From an uncultured Chitinophagaceae bacterium (GTDB lineage Bacteria > Bacteroidota > Bacteroidia > Chitinophagales > Chitinophagaceae), in assembly GCA_903832075.1 (NCBI GenBank), contig CAILAF010000511.1, positions 1-38,570 on the forward strand: DNA of 38,570 bases. The letters run 5' to 3'. Positions 1 to 8,122 of the stretch are shown in pieces. The translations under genes were made by a program, and so were the position numbers. The notes under the pieces are model-generated. The model did no database searches, was not told where the DNA came from, and saw only the letters and a program-made list of their open reading frames with translations. Each line of letters starts with the position of its first letter. Positions within the stretch are counted from its first letter, which is position 1.

Positions 1-982
1 CACGCGGATCATAATATTTTTTATTTGGTTTATCTGCTCCTTCTGGATTTCCTAATTGTCCTTGTAAATAACCTTCATTCTTTTTATAGAATTGTTGAAT
101 ACCTTCCCAAAAAGCCCATTGCATATCAGTATCAATATTCATTTTAATAGCGCCATAACTGATGGCTTCACGAATTTGATTCTGTGGAGAACCGCTTCCA
201 CCATGGAATACAAAGTAAACAGGTTTTTGTTTAGTGTGTAATTCTTTTTCAATATAATCCTGACTGTTCTTTAAAATCTCTGGTTTTAATTCAACATTAC
301 CCGGCTTATAAACGCCATGAACATTTCCAAATGCTGCAGCAATAGTAAATAAATTTCCAACTTTACTTAATTCGGTAAAAGAATAAGCAACATGTTGCGG
401 CTGCGTGTATAATTTATCATTTTCTACACCACTATTATCAACTCCATCTTCTTCACCACCGGTAACACCTAATTCAATTTCAATACTCATTCCTAATGGT
501 GCCATTCGTTTATAAAATTCAACAGAAGTATGAATGTTTTCTTCGATTGGTTCTTCAGATAAATCCAACATGTGAGAACTGAATAATGGTTGGCCTTTTT
601 CTTTATAAAATTGTTCTCCTGCATCAATCAATCCGCTAACCCATGGCAACCATTTTTTTGCAGCATGATCGGTATGCAATACAACTGGCACTCCATAAGC
701 TTTTGCAACATTATGAATATGCAATGCACCCGAAATTCCACCTAAAATATTTCCTTGCAAATGATCATTAGGCATTCCTTTACCTGCAATGAATTGTGCA
801 CCGCCATTAGAAAATTGTATGATAACAGGCGAATTAACTTTTGCTGCAGTTTCTAAAACTGCATTTATTGTATTACTTCCAATTGTATTAACAGCGGGTA
901 GTGCAAATTGATTTTCTTTAGCATCATTATATAATGCTTCCAATTCTTTACCAAATAAAACACCGGCTCTGTATTTTGACAT
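1..982 (-). CDS. fbaA: Fructose-bisphosphate aldolase, class II (3' end cut by window edge)
   Basis: My reverse-strand translation from the ATG (CAT at 980-982) gives MSKYRAGVLFGKELEALYNDAKENQFALPAVN..., then VLHTDHAAKKWLPW and FVFHGGSGS. These are typical class II FBA motifs. The frame stays open to position 1. It is absent from the ORF track because it is truncated. Confidence 0.9.
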   Translation of the reverse strand, partial: MSKYRAGVLFGKELEALYNDAKENQFALPAVNTIGSNTINAVLETAAKVNSPVIIQFSNGGAQFIAGKGMPNDHLQGNILGGISGALHIHNVAKAYGVPVVLHTDHAAKKWLPWVSGLIDAGEQFYKEKGQPLFSSHMLDLSEEPIEENIHTSVEFYKRMAPLGMSIEIELGVTGGEEDGVDNSGVENDKLYTQPQHVAYSFTELSKVGNLFTIAAAFGNVHGVYKPGNVELKPEILKNSQDYIEKELHTKQKPVYFVFHGGSGSPQNQIREAISYGAIKMNIDTDMQWAFWEGIQQFYKKNEGYLQGQLGNPEGADKPNKKYYDPR

Positions 983-1109
983 ATACTTTTTTTGAGGCAG
1001 CAATATACAATGCTATCTCACAAACGATTGTTAGCTTTTTGTATAAGTTATTCAGATAGATTTTACATATTGAAGTATCTTTCAATTATAAAATCACCAT
1101 TTTATAAAT

Positions 1110-2300
1110 ATGGATACATTAATTGAGCGGTTAAAACAATTTAATGCAGACCGCGATCCAAAATACTTGCCATTGAAATATAATGCTATGGCACAAAGTG
1201 CATTTAGATTTTTTAGAGGAAGCTGTCACTTATTTTATGAAGATTTTGTAAAAGAATTAAAATGGAAAGATGAAAGCAGGGCATGGGTTTGCGGCGATCT
1301 CCATTTAGAAAATTTTGGAACTTTTAAAGGAGATAATGGTTTAGTATATTTTGATATGAATGATTTTGATGAAGCTATTTTGGCACCTGCCACTTGGGAA
1401 ATTGCAAGAACAGTAACAAGTATTTATCTGGCTGCTGTTAATTTAAAATTATCTGATACCAAAACAAATACACTCGCTAATAATTTTTTAGATACTTATA
1501 TTTCTGTTTTGCAAAAAGGAAAAGCAATTGTAATAGAAAGACCTACTGCAAAAGATATTTTAAAAAATTTGATTGATCAGGTAAGTAAAAGAACCAATAA
1601 AGTTTTAATAAAAGAAAGAACAATAATTAAAAAAGGAAAAATTCAATTAAAAATTGATAATAAACGTGCGTTTGCGTTAAGTGATGAGAATAAAAAATCA
1701 GTCAAACAATTTTTTGAAGAATGGGCAAAGAAACATCATCCAAAAAAATATACATTTATTGATGCGGCATATAGAATTGCAGGAACCGGCAGCATTGGTT
1801 TATTGCGTTATGTAATGTTATTGCAAAAAAGAAAAGATCAATCTTTTGTTTTGATAGATATGAAGCAGGCAAAAACATCTTGCTTAAAACCTTATAGTAA
1901 ACTAAAACAAACAAAATGGAATAATGAAGCAGAAAGGGTAGTGGGCATTCAAAAAATGGTGCAGCATGTTTCTCCTGCATTTATAAAACCTTTTTTGTTT
2001 GAACAAAAATATTTTGTGTTAAAACAATTACAACCAACAGCCGATAAAATGGATTTGAATTTATGCAAAGGAAAATTAAATAAATTAGAAATCATTTTGC
2101 AAACGATGGCAGAAGTTGCTGCATCAGGACAATTAAGAAGTTCGGGAAGAAAAAATTCTTCAACTGCCGATGAGTTAATTGAAATGGCAATTAATCATAA
2201 AAAATGGAGAAACGAATTATTATCATTTGCAAAAAATTATTCTCAAAAAGTTGAGAAAGATTATCAAATATTTTTAAAAAATTCCAAAGCGTTAAATTAA
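1110..2300 (+). CDS. DUF2252 family protein (function unknown)
   Basis: 396-aa ORF. The N-terminal FRFFRGS and GDLHLENFG motifs are as I remember them from DUF2252 proteins. Family assignment is from memory only. Confidence 0.7.
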   Translation: MDTLIERLKQFNADRDPKYLPLKYNAMAQSAFRFFRGSCHLFYEDFVKELKWKDESRAWVCGDLHLENFGTFKGDNGLVYFDMNDFDEAILAPATWEIARTVTSIYLAAVNLKLSDTKTNTLANNFLDTYISVLQKGKAIVIERPTAKDILKNLIDQVSKRTNKVLIKERTIIKKGKIQLKIDNKRAFALSDENKKSVKQFFEEWAKKHHPKKYTFIDAAYRIAGTGSIGLLRYVMLLQKRKDQSFVLIDMKQAKTSCLKPYSKLKQTKWNNEAERVVGIQKMVQHVSPAFIKPFLFEQKYFVLKQLQPTADKMDLNLCKGKLNKLEIILQTMAEVAASGQLRSSGRKNSSTADELIEMAINHKKWRNELLSFAKNYSQKVEKDYQIFLKNSKALN

Positions 2301-2305
2301 TAAAA

Positions 2306-3664
2306 CTATTTCGCCAAACTTTGAATTACATCATATTTGGTAACAATATGGTAATCGCCTTTTTCATCTTTTGCTAAAACCGCACCATTCTCTTTATTAA
2401 TTAAACTGCCAATTTTTTCAACAGGCGTTAAATAATCAACAACCGGAAATTCACGCTCCATCACACTTTCAACAGTTGCATTTTTTATTTCAGGATTATT
2501 AAATACTTTTTGGAATAAACCATTTTCGCTAACCGCACCAATGATTTCATTTTCTTTCATTACAGGAATTTGTTCAATATCATATTTCTTCATTAATCCA
2601 ACAGCATCTGCAACTGTTTGAGAAGTTTTTACAGTTACTAATTTTTTTCCTGCTCTGCCGCTAACAATATCTTTAAATGTTTTTACATCTAAGAATCCGC
2701 GTTCCATCATCCATTGATCGTTATAAATTTTCCCAACATAACGACTTCCGTGATCATGAAATATTGCAACAACCAAATCATCTTTTTTTAATTTATTTTT
2801 CAATTGCATCAAACCCTGCAAGCAACTGCCAGCACTGTATCCGCAAAACAATCCTTCTTCTTTTGCAATTCGCCTTGCCATCACTGCGCCATCTTTATCT
2901 GTTACTTGTTCAAAGAGATCAATCACACTCATATCATAATTCTTCGGAACAAAATCTTCACCAAATCCTTCGCTGATATAAGGATGCACTTCATTCATAT
3001 CAATCTCACCGGTATTAAAATATTTTGTCAGCAATGAGCCATATACATCAATCGCCCATATTTGTATATTCGGATTTTTTTCTTTCAAATACATGGCAGT
3101 GCCAGTAATAGTTCCACCGGTACCGGCAGTGCAAACTAAATGAGTAATTTTTCCATCTGTTTGATTCCAAATTTCAGGCCCGGTAGTTTCATAATGCGCT
3201 AATCTATTCGCCAAGTTATCATATTGATTCATGTGAAAAGAATTCGGCACTTCCAATGCCAAACGTTTTGCAACACTATAATAACTCATTGGATCTTCAG
3301 GTAAAACATTTGTTGGGCAAACAATAACTTCTGCACCAACTGCTTTTAAAATATCTGCTTTCTCTTTCGATTGTTTATCGGTTGTAACAAAAATGCATTT
3401 ATATCCCTTAACGCAGGCAGCCAAAGCCAAACCCATACCGGTATTGCCGCTGGTGCATTCAATAATTGTTCCGCCGGGTTTTAATTTACCTTCCTGTTCA
3501 GCAACTTCCACCATTTTCAATGCCATTCTATCTTTAATTGAATTACCTGGGTTGAAATAATCAACCTTTGCTAAAACAGTGCAAGGAAAATCTTTAGTGA
3601 TCTTATTTAATTTAATTAACGGAGTATTACCAATTGTTTCGAGAATGTTATTCTTAATATCCAT
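2306..3664 (-). CDS. Cystathionine beta-synthase-like PLP enzyme (cysteine synthase fold plus C-terminal CBS pair)
   Basis: 452 aa. It has the PLP-lysine motif NPGNSIKDR and a GTGGT loop. The C-terminal ~120 aa look like tandem CBS domains. Confidence 0.85.
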   Translation of the reverse strand: MDIKNNILETIGNTPLIKLNKITKDFPCTVLAKVDYFNPGNSIKDRMALKMVEVAEQEGKLKPGGTIIECTSGNTGMGLALAACVKGYKCIFVTTDKQSKEKADILKAVGAEVIVCPTNVLPEDPMSYYSVAKRLALEVPNSFHMNQYDNLANRLAHYETTGPEIWNQTDGKITHLVCTAGTGGTITGTAMYLKEKNPNIQIWAIDVYGSLLTKYFNTGEIDMNEVHPYISEGFGEDFVPKNYDMSVIDLFEQVTDKDGAVMARRIAKEEGLFCGYSAGSCLQGLMQLKNKLKKDDLVVAIFHDHGSRYVGKIYNDQWMMERGFLDVKTFKDIVSGRAGKKLVTVKTSQTVADAVGLMKKYDIEQIPVMKENEIIGAVSENGLFQKVFNNPEIKNATVESVMEREFPVVDYLTPVEKIGSLINKENGAVLAKDEKGDYHIVTKYDVIQSLAK

Positions 3665-3681
3665 GCAAAAAATAATTTCTG

Positions 3682-3689
3682 CAAATGTA
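3682..3689 (-). promoter_or_regulatory. Candidate Bacteroidota -7 promoter box (TACATTTG) for the CBS-like gene
   Basis: Exact match to TAnnTTTG on the minus strand, 18 nt upstream of the ATG at 3664. Confidence 0.4.
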
Positions 3690-3703
3690 CATTTTTAAAA
3701 ATG

Positions 3704-3717
3704 CTAACAGTGGTTAG
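3704..3717 (-). terminator. Weak hairpin downstream of plsX
   Basis: CTAAC-nnnn-GTTAG 5-bp stem, followed on the minus strand by CATTTTT. It lies between the plsX stop (3739) and the next promoter box. Confidence 0.3.
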
Positions 3718-3738
3718 TTTGGAAAATATTGTGAGTGA

Positions 3739-4689
3739 TTATGCTTTAAAACTCTCAACAATTTTGCCACAGAGATTTGATTCTACCATTTTCTCTGCGA
3801 TAAGAATCATATTTTTAAAAGCGATGGCGCTGCTTATTCCATGACCGATGATTACAGGTTTAGTTATTCCTAAAACAGGCGTACCACCATAAATTTCATA
3901 ATGAAAGCGGCTAAATAATTCGTCGTGATGAAAATTTCTTTGCTCTGCGGCATCATAAATACTTTCTGCCATTTTTAAAATGACGTTACCTGTAAAACCA
4001 TCACAAACAAATACATCGGCTTTATCGTTAAACAAATCTCTTCCTTCAACATTTCCAATAAAATTGATTTGCTTATTTTCTTTTAACAAAGGATAAGTTG
4101 CTTGCGATAAAATATTTCCTTTGCCTTCTTCTTCTCCAACATTGATCAATCCAACTTTTGGGTGATCAGTATTTAAAATATTTTGTGAGTATAAACTTCC
4201 AAGTATTGCAAATTGATTTAGTTGTTCGGGTTTACAATCTACATTCAATCCGGCATCTAATATCAATCCGGTACCACCATTAATTTTTGGAAGAACAGTA
4301 GCAATAGTTGGTCTAAGAATTCCTTCGATAGTTTTTATACTGAACATAGCGCCAACCAGCATGGCACCTGTGTTTCCGGCACTGATGAATGCATCAATTT
4401 TTCCTGTTGCCAATAAGTGAAACCCAATTGCAATAGAACTGCGTTGTTTTTCTTTAAATGCTTTTGTAGGATGTTCGTTATAACCAATTACTTCGGGAGC
4501 ATGAACTAATTGAACTGATGGTGACAAATTATATTCATCTAATAATGGCTTTAATTTTTCTTCATCACCAATGCAAAATATAATTGCCGTACCAGAATGT
4601 TGGTTGATGAATAATTGTAAACCTTTCACCGCTTCTAACGGTGCAAAGTCTCCACCCATCATGTCAAGTCCAATATTCATGTACGGCAT
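3739..4689 (-). CDS. plsX: Phosphate acyltransferase PlsX
   Basis: It carries the GLDMMGGDFAP signature and sits in the conserved yceD-rpmF-plsX order. The start could instead be the second ATG at 4680. Confidence 0.92.
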   Translation of the reverse strand: MPYMNIGLDMMGGDFAPLEAVKGLQLFINQHSGTAIIFCIGDEEKLKPLLDEYNLSPSVQLVHAPEVIGYNEHPTKAFKEKQRSSIAIGFHLLATGKIDAFISAGNTGAMLVGAMFSIKTIEGILRPTIATVLPKINGGTGLILDAGLNVDCKPEQLNQFAILGSLYSQNILNTDHPKVGLINVGEEEGKGNILSQATYPLLKENKQINFIGNVEGRDLFNDKADVFVCDGFTGNVILKMAESIYDAAEQRNFHHDELFSRFHYEIYGGTPVLGITKPVIIGHGISSAIAFKNMILIAEKMVESNLCGKIVESFKA

Positions 4690-4703
4690 TTAAAGTATTA
4701 GGT

Positions 4704-4757
4704 TGTAAGTTATAGGTTTTAAGTTAATTAATAAACTTATCACTTATCACTTAAAAC
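4704..4757. repeat. Inverted arrays of heptamer units forming a hairpin between rpmF and plsX
   Basis: The left arm is TGTAAGT TATAGGT TTTAAGT. The right arm is ACTTATC ACTTATC ACTTAAA. GTTTTAAGT (4716-4724) pairs with ACTTAAAAC (4749-4757). Confidence 0.6.
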
Positions 4758-4766
4758 ATATAACTC

Positions 4767-4961
4767 TTAAGCTTTTAAAGGTGCTTTCTCAGCAACCAAT
4801 TTTCCTTTATAGTACAATTTACCTTCACTTACATGTGCACGATGGCGAACATGTGTTTCACCGGTTGTTGTGTCTTTAGTTAAAGTAACTTCTTCAGCTT
4901 TATAATGTGTTCTTCTTTTTGCACTTCTTTGCTGAGAGTGTCTTCGTTTTGGATTAGGCAT
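4767..4961 (-). CDS. rpmF: 50S ribosomal protein L32
   Basis: 64 aa with the N-terminus MPNPKRRHSQQRSAKRRTH, which is typical of L32. It lies downstream of yceD. Confidence 0.95.
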   Translation of the reverse strand: MPNPKRRHSQQRSAKRRTHYKAEEVTLTKDTTTGETHVRHRAHVSEGKLYYKGKLVAEKAPLKA

Positions 4962-4988
4962 AACTCGAAATTTATAATATCAAAAAAA

Positions 4989-5531
4989 TTATTCTAAATC
5001 TTTAAATTTTTCTAATCCTTGCCATAAAGGATTAGAATCTTTTTTTACCGCTGCTTCCATCTTTCTTAATTTCTCTATCACTTCCTGATTGCAAAGTGAT
5101 TTTCCTTTTGCATCTTCCCCGCAAACATTTTGCATGGGAATACTTAAGTTGATGAATTCGTATAACCAATCTGCTACATGTAAATGACTTTCACCACGAC
5201 TGATATAATAAATATCAGGATCTTCTTCCTGATTATTCATTTCATCCGGATTGTCAACCATTTTTACGATGAGATTGAATTCTTCCCATAATTGTTTTGT
5301 AAGTGGATTCCCACATCTATCGCAATTCACACTCACTTGTCCGTCAATATCAAAACGCAATTGCATGAATGCGTTTTTTTTATCCAAACTCAATTTCACA
5401 TTTGCCAAACAATTACTGAAATCCTGCTCTCCGTAATGTGTAAAGAACTTATCTTCAAGCCTGTATTCGTAAACATGAATGCCCGGTTTTAAACCTACGA
5501 ACGCTATTTCAAATTCCCTGCGGTGGCTCAT
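4989..5531 (-). CDS. yceD: YceD/DUF177 family protein (large-subunit rRNA accumulation protein)
   Basis: 180 aa with the CDRCGNP...C metal-binding pattern. It occupies the conserved position upstream of rpmF. Confidence 0.85.
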   Translation of the reverse strand: MSHRREFEIAFVGLKPGIHVYEYRLEDKFFTHYGEQDFSNCLANVKLSLDKKNAFMQLRFDIDGQVSVNCDRCGNPLTKQLWEEFNLIVKMVDNPDEMNNQEEDPDIYYISRGESHLHVADWLYEFINLSIPMQNVCGEDAKGKSLCNQEVIEKLRKMEAAVKKDSNPLWQGLEKFKDLE

Positions 5532-5551
5532 GTCTCAATTTTTAGGGTGGG

Positions 5552-5559
5552 CAAAGGTA
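5552..5559 (-). promoter_or_regulatory. Candidate -7 promoter box (TACCTTTG) for the yceD-rpmF-plsX operon
   Basis: Exact TAnnTTTG on the minus strand, 21 nt upstream of the yceD ATG (5531). Confidence 0.4.
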
Positions 5560-5627
5560 CAACAGTAAGATGTAATAGCAAAGAGAAAATTGGTTTATTC
5601 GGGTTGCTGGTTTATTTATATCTAATT

Positions 5628-6758
5628 ATGTTACAAAAGAACGATAAAAGACAATATCAGTGGGCTTTTTGGCTAAAATGGATCATTCCTGCTTTGCTAA
5701 TTTTAGCTATTGAATGGATGAGTTTTTCACCAATGTGGATAGAAAAAAATTACAGCACAAGCGGATATATTATTATTTCTCGTGTTTTGAGGACATTGAT
5801 TGGTTGGATGAATTTTAGTTTGGGTGACATTATTTATGTATTTGTAACTGCATTTTTACTTTGGAAATCAATTAAATTATTGATAGGTGTATTTAAAGAA
5901 AAATGGAATTGGAAAAGATTTGGTAAACGATGTTTAAAGTTGATATATGGTTTGATTTGGATTTATATTGTATTCAATTTTTTATGGGGATTAAATTATG
6001 ATCGCGCAGGGATCGAATATCAATTACAATTAAATAAACAAACTTATTGTAAAGAAGATATGGTTGTATTAACTAATCAACTTATTGATAAAGTAAATGA
6101 ATACCGAAGACAAATAAAAGATTCAACGCTGCCTAATGAACCATTCGAAAAAATATTTAATGAAGCAAATAACAGTTATCAAACAATATCCAAAGAATAT
6201 CCATTTCTCAAATATCAAAATCGTTCTGTTAAAAGAAGTGTATTCAGTTCTTTTGGAAATTATTTCGGGTTCACCGGATATTATAATCCGTTTTCAGGCG
6301 AAGCACAAATTAGAAGTGATATTCCGCGAATTTTAATTCCATATATCACTTGCCATGAAATGGCACATCAATTGGGATATGCCAGTGAAAGCGAAGCTAA
6401 CTTTGTTGGCTATTTGGCGGCATCATCATCAAAAGATGTTTATTTTCTTTATTCAGTTTATCTTGATTTGTTTTCTTATGCACAAAGTGAAGAAATAAAA
6501 CAATATTTTTTAGACAGAGATATTGCCGGATTAAAAAATATTATTCTTCAAAACAGAAAAAATTTAGATAGTTTGGTAAGAAAGGACAGAAGAGAAATAC
6601 GAGAATTCTTTTTTAAAAGAGAGAATAGAATTTCGCCGATGGTGATGGATGTTTATGGGCAATATTTAAAAATGAATAAACAATTAGCAGGTATTGATAG
6701 TTATAATGAAGTAATTGGTTGGTTATTAGCGTATCAAAAAAAGTATGGGAAGTTATAA
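5628..6758 (+). CDS. DUF3810-like membrane protein with an HExxH metalloprotease motif
   Basis: The ORF track begins at 5523 and overlaps yceD, so I prefer the ATG at 5628 (MLQKNDKRQ). It has several N-terminal TM segments and HEMAHQLGY. Confidence 0.7.
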   Translation: MLQKNDKRQYQWAFWLKWIIPALLILAIEWMSFSPMWIEKNYSTSGYIIISRVLRTLIGWMNFSLGDIIYVFVTAFLLWKSIKLLIGVFKEKWNWKRFGKRCLKLIYGLIWIYIVFNFLWGLNYDRAGIEYQLQLNKQTYCKEDMVVLTNQLIDKVNEYRRQIKDSTLPNEPFEKIFNEANNSYQTISKEYPFLKYQNRSVKRSVFSSFGNYFGFTGYYNPFSGEAQIRSDIPRILIPYITCHEMAHQLGYASESEANFVGYLAASSSKDVYFLYSVYLDLFSYAQSEEIKQYFLDRDIAGLKNIILQNRKNLDSLVRKDRREIREFFFKRENRISPMVMDVYGQYLKMNKQLAGIDSYNEVIGWLLAYQKKYGKL

Positions 6759-6762
6759 GAAG

Positions 6763-6813
6763 TAAGTTTTAAGTTGAAAACATTTTAACTTATTAACTAC
6801 AACTTAAAACTTA
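6763..6813. terminator. Long hairpin between the convergent DUF3810 and dcd genes
   Basis: Perfect 14-bp inverted repeat: TAAGTTTTAAGTTG (6763-6776) with CAACTTAAAACTTA (6800-6813), 23-nt spacer. The right arm overlaps the last codons of dcd. Confidence 0.55.
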
Positions 6814-7340
6814 TTCTTCCACATCATACTTTCAACAGGTTTATTTGGTTGACCGCTATATTTTGCATTTTTCTTTTGATTATATTTTATTTCAATTTCA
6901 CCATCAACAGGAAAATAAATCAATTGTCCAATCGGCATTCCTTTATAAATACGAACAGGTTGTTTAACAGAAATTTCTAAGGTCCAATTACCACAAAAAC
7001 CAACATCGCCTTTTCCGGCAGTCGCATGAATGTCAATGCCCAAGCGGCCTGTAGAAGATTTGCCTTCCAAAAATGGAACATGCGCATGTGTTTCGGTGTA
7101 TTCTAAAGTAACACCTAAATAAAATTCATGAGGCAATAAAACAAAACCTTCATCTGGTATTTCGAATGATTCAATTTTATTATGGTTTTTGGCATCTAAT
7201 ACTGCATCAACATATTTTGCCAATGTACTTCCCAAATGCACATCATAACTGTTACTACCCAAATCTTCTCGATTGTATGGAATAATTTTTATTGTTCCTT
7301 TTGCTATTTCTTCTAAAATCCTTTTATCAGTTAATATCAT
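6804..7340 (-). CDS. dcd: dCTP deaminase
   Basis: 178 aa with the EGKSSTGRLGI motif and the overall dCTP deaminase/dUTPase-fold pattern. Confidence 0.9.
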   Translation of the reverse strand: MILTDKRILEEIAKGTIKIIPYNREDLGSNSYDVHLGSTLAKYVDAVLDAKNHNKIESFEIPDEGFVLLPHEFYLGVTLEYTETHAHVPFLEGKSSTGRLGIDIHATAGKGDVGFCGNWTLEISVKQPVRIYKGMPIGQLIYFPVDGEIEIKYNQKKNAKYSGQPNKPVESMMWKNKF

Positions 7341-7359
7341 TTTATTTTTTTGTTACAAG

Positions 7360-7403
7360 CTTTTGTATTTCATGGCATCGCCAGTTGCGTCGCACACTTC
7401 AAC
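7360..7403 (+). repeat. Copy A of a ~45-nt repeated element (partner at 19219-19264)
   Basis: CTTTTGTATTTCATGGCATCGCCAGTTGCGTCGCACACTTCAAC. My hand alignment to copy B gives 39 of 44 identical positions plus one 2-nt indel. It contains the palindrome TTGCGTCGCA. Confidence 0.7.
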
Positions 7404-7435
7404 TTTTAAAATAAAAGTCAGCAAGAGTTTGCAAT

Positions 7436-7470
7436 ATAAATCGTAAATCTGCAATCGTAAATCTTAAATC
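7436..7470 (+). repeat. Five tandem heptamers (nTAAATC) directly upstream of the PPTase start
   Basis: ATAAATC GTAAATC TGCAATC GTAAATC TTAAATC. The array ends 3 nt before the TTG at 7474. Confidence 0.7.
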
Positions 7471-7473
7471 ACT

Positions 7474-8115
7474 TTGCCTTTATTTTATCAACATAATATT
7501 AACGACACTACTAAATTAGCTGTTTGGAAAATTGAAGAAGACGAAGATTTTTTTCTTAGTAAAGTTCCGTTACAAAAAACTATCACTCATCCGCATAAGC
7601 GGTTACAACATTTGGCAGCACGCTATTTGCTTCAATATTTATTTCCTGATTTTCCTTATGACGAAATGTTGATTGCCAATACTAATAAACCTTATTTACC
7701 TTACGAGCAATACCATTTTTCAATTTCACATTGTGGTAATTATGCTGCAGCAATTGTAAGCAGCACTGAAAGAGTTGGCATTGATATTGAAATTCCTAAA
7801 GAAGCAATTTTTAAAATTGTACATAAATTTTTGCACGATGAAGAATTAAAAATATTCAATATTGAATATTCAATATTGAATATTCAATCTCCGCAACTCC
7901 CGACTCTTCTTTGGTGTGCTAAAGAAGCCATGTACAAATGGTGGGGTTGGGGTGAAATTGATTTTAGTGAAATGTTTCGAATTAATTATTTTGATTTAAA
8001 GGAAGAAGGAATTATGCATACGAACTTTGTTAAAGATTCTATTAATCAATCTCTACTGCTTCATTATAAACAATTCGAAAATATTTCTTTAGTTTATGTA
8101 ACTACGCCATTATAG
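7474..8115 (+). CDS. 4'-phosphopantetheinyl transferase superfamily protein
   Basis: 213 aa with the GIDIE and WCAKEAMYK motifs. The start codon is TTG, there is no in-frame ATG nearby, and the N-terminus MPLFYQ looks complete. Confidence 0.8.
   Translation: MPLFYQHNINDTTKLAVWKIEEDEDFFLSKVPLQKTITHPHKRLQHLAARYLLQYLFPDFPYDEMLIANTNKPYLPYEQYHFSISHCGNYAAAIVSSTERVGIDIEIPKEAIFKIVHKFLHDEELKIFNIEYSILNIQSPQLPTLLWCAKEAMYKWWGWGEIDFSEMFRINYFDLKEEGIMHTNFVKDSINQSLLLHYKQFENISLVYVTTPL
7851..7888. repeat. Tandem 14-bp self-complementary repeat inside the PPTase CDS (34-bp perfect palindrome, 7851-7884)
   Basis: AATATTCAATATTG repeated twice, followed by AATATTCAAT. I verified base by base that 7851-7884 is a perfect palindrome centred at 7867/7868. 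Confidence 0.9.
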
Positions 8116-8122
8116 AACTAAT

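Noticed and set aside
1756-1980. The many 60-135-aa ORFs in the track that lie antisense to, or out of frame within, well-supported genes. Examples are 1756-1980, 2677-3037, 8747-9242, 10786-11337, 14193-14498, 16872-17177, 24634-25006, 32001-32493, 33062-34445, 34755-35066 and 35712-36071.
   Set aside because: Each is fully embedded in a CDS with strong family motifs. Each has low-complexity or hydrophobic junk composition typical of AT-rich antisense frames, and none has its own promoter box or spacing. They are treated as spurious.
5523-5627. Extended N-termini in the ORF track at 5523, 11414, 26140, 27469 and 29565, seen as possible gene overlaps or unusual leader extensions.
   Set aside because: In each case an internal ATG gives a canonical N-terminus, either a signal peptide or a conserved first motif, and removes an implausible overlap with the neighbouring gene.
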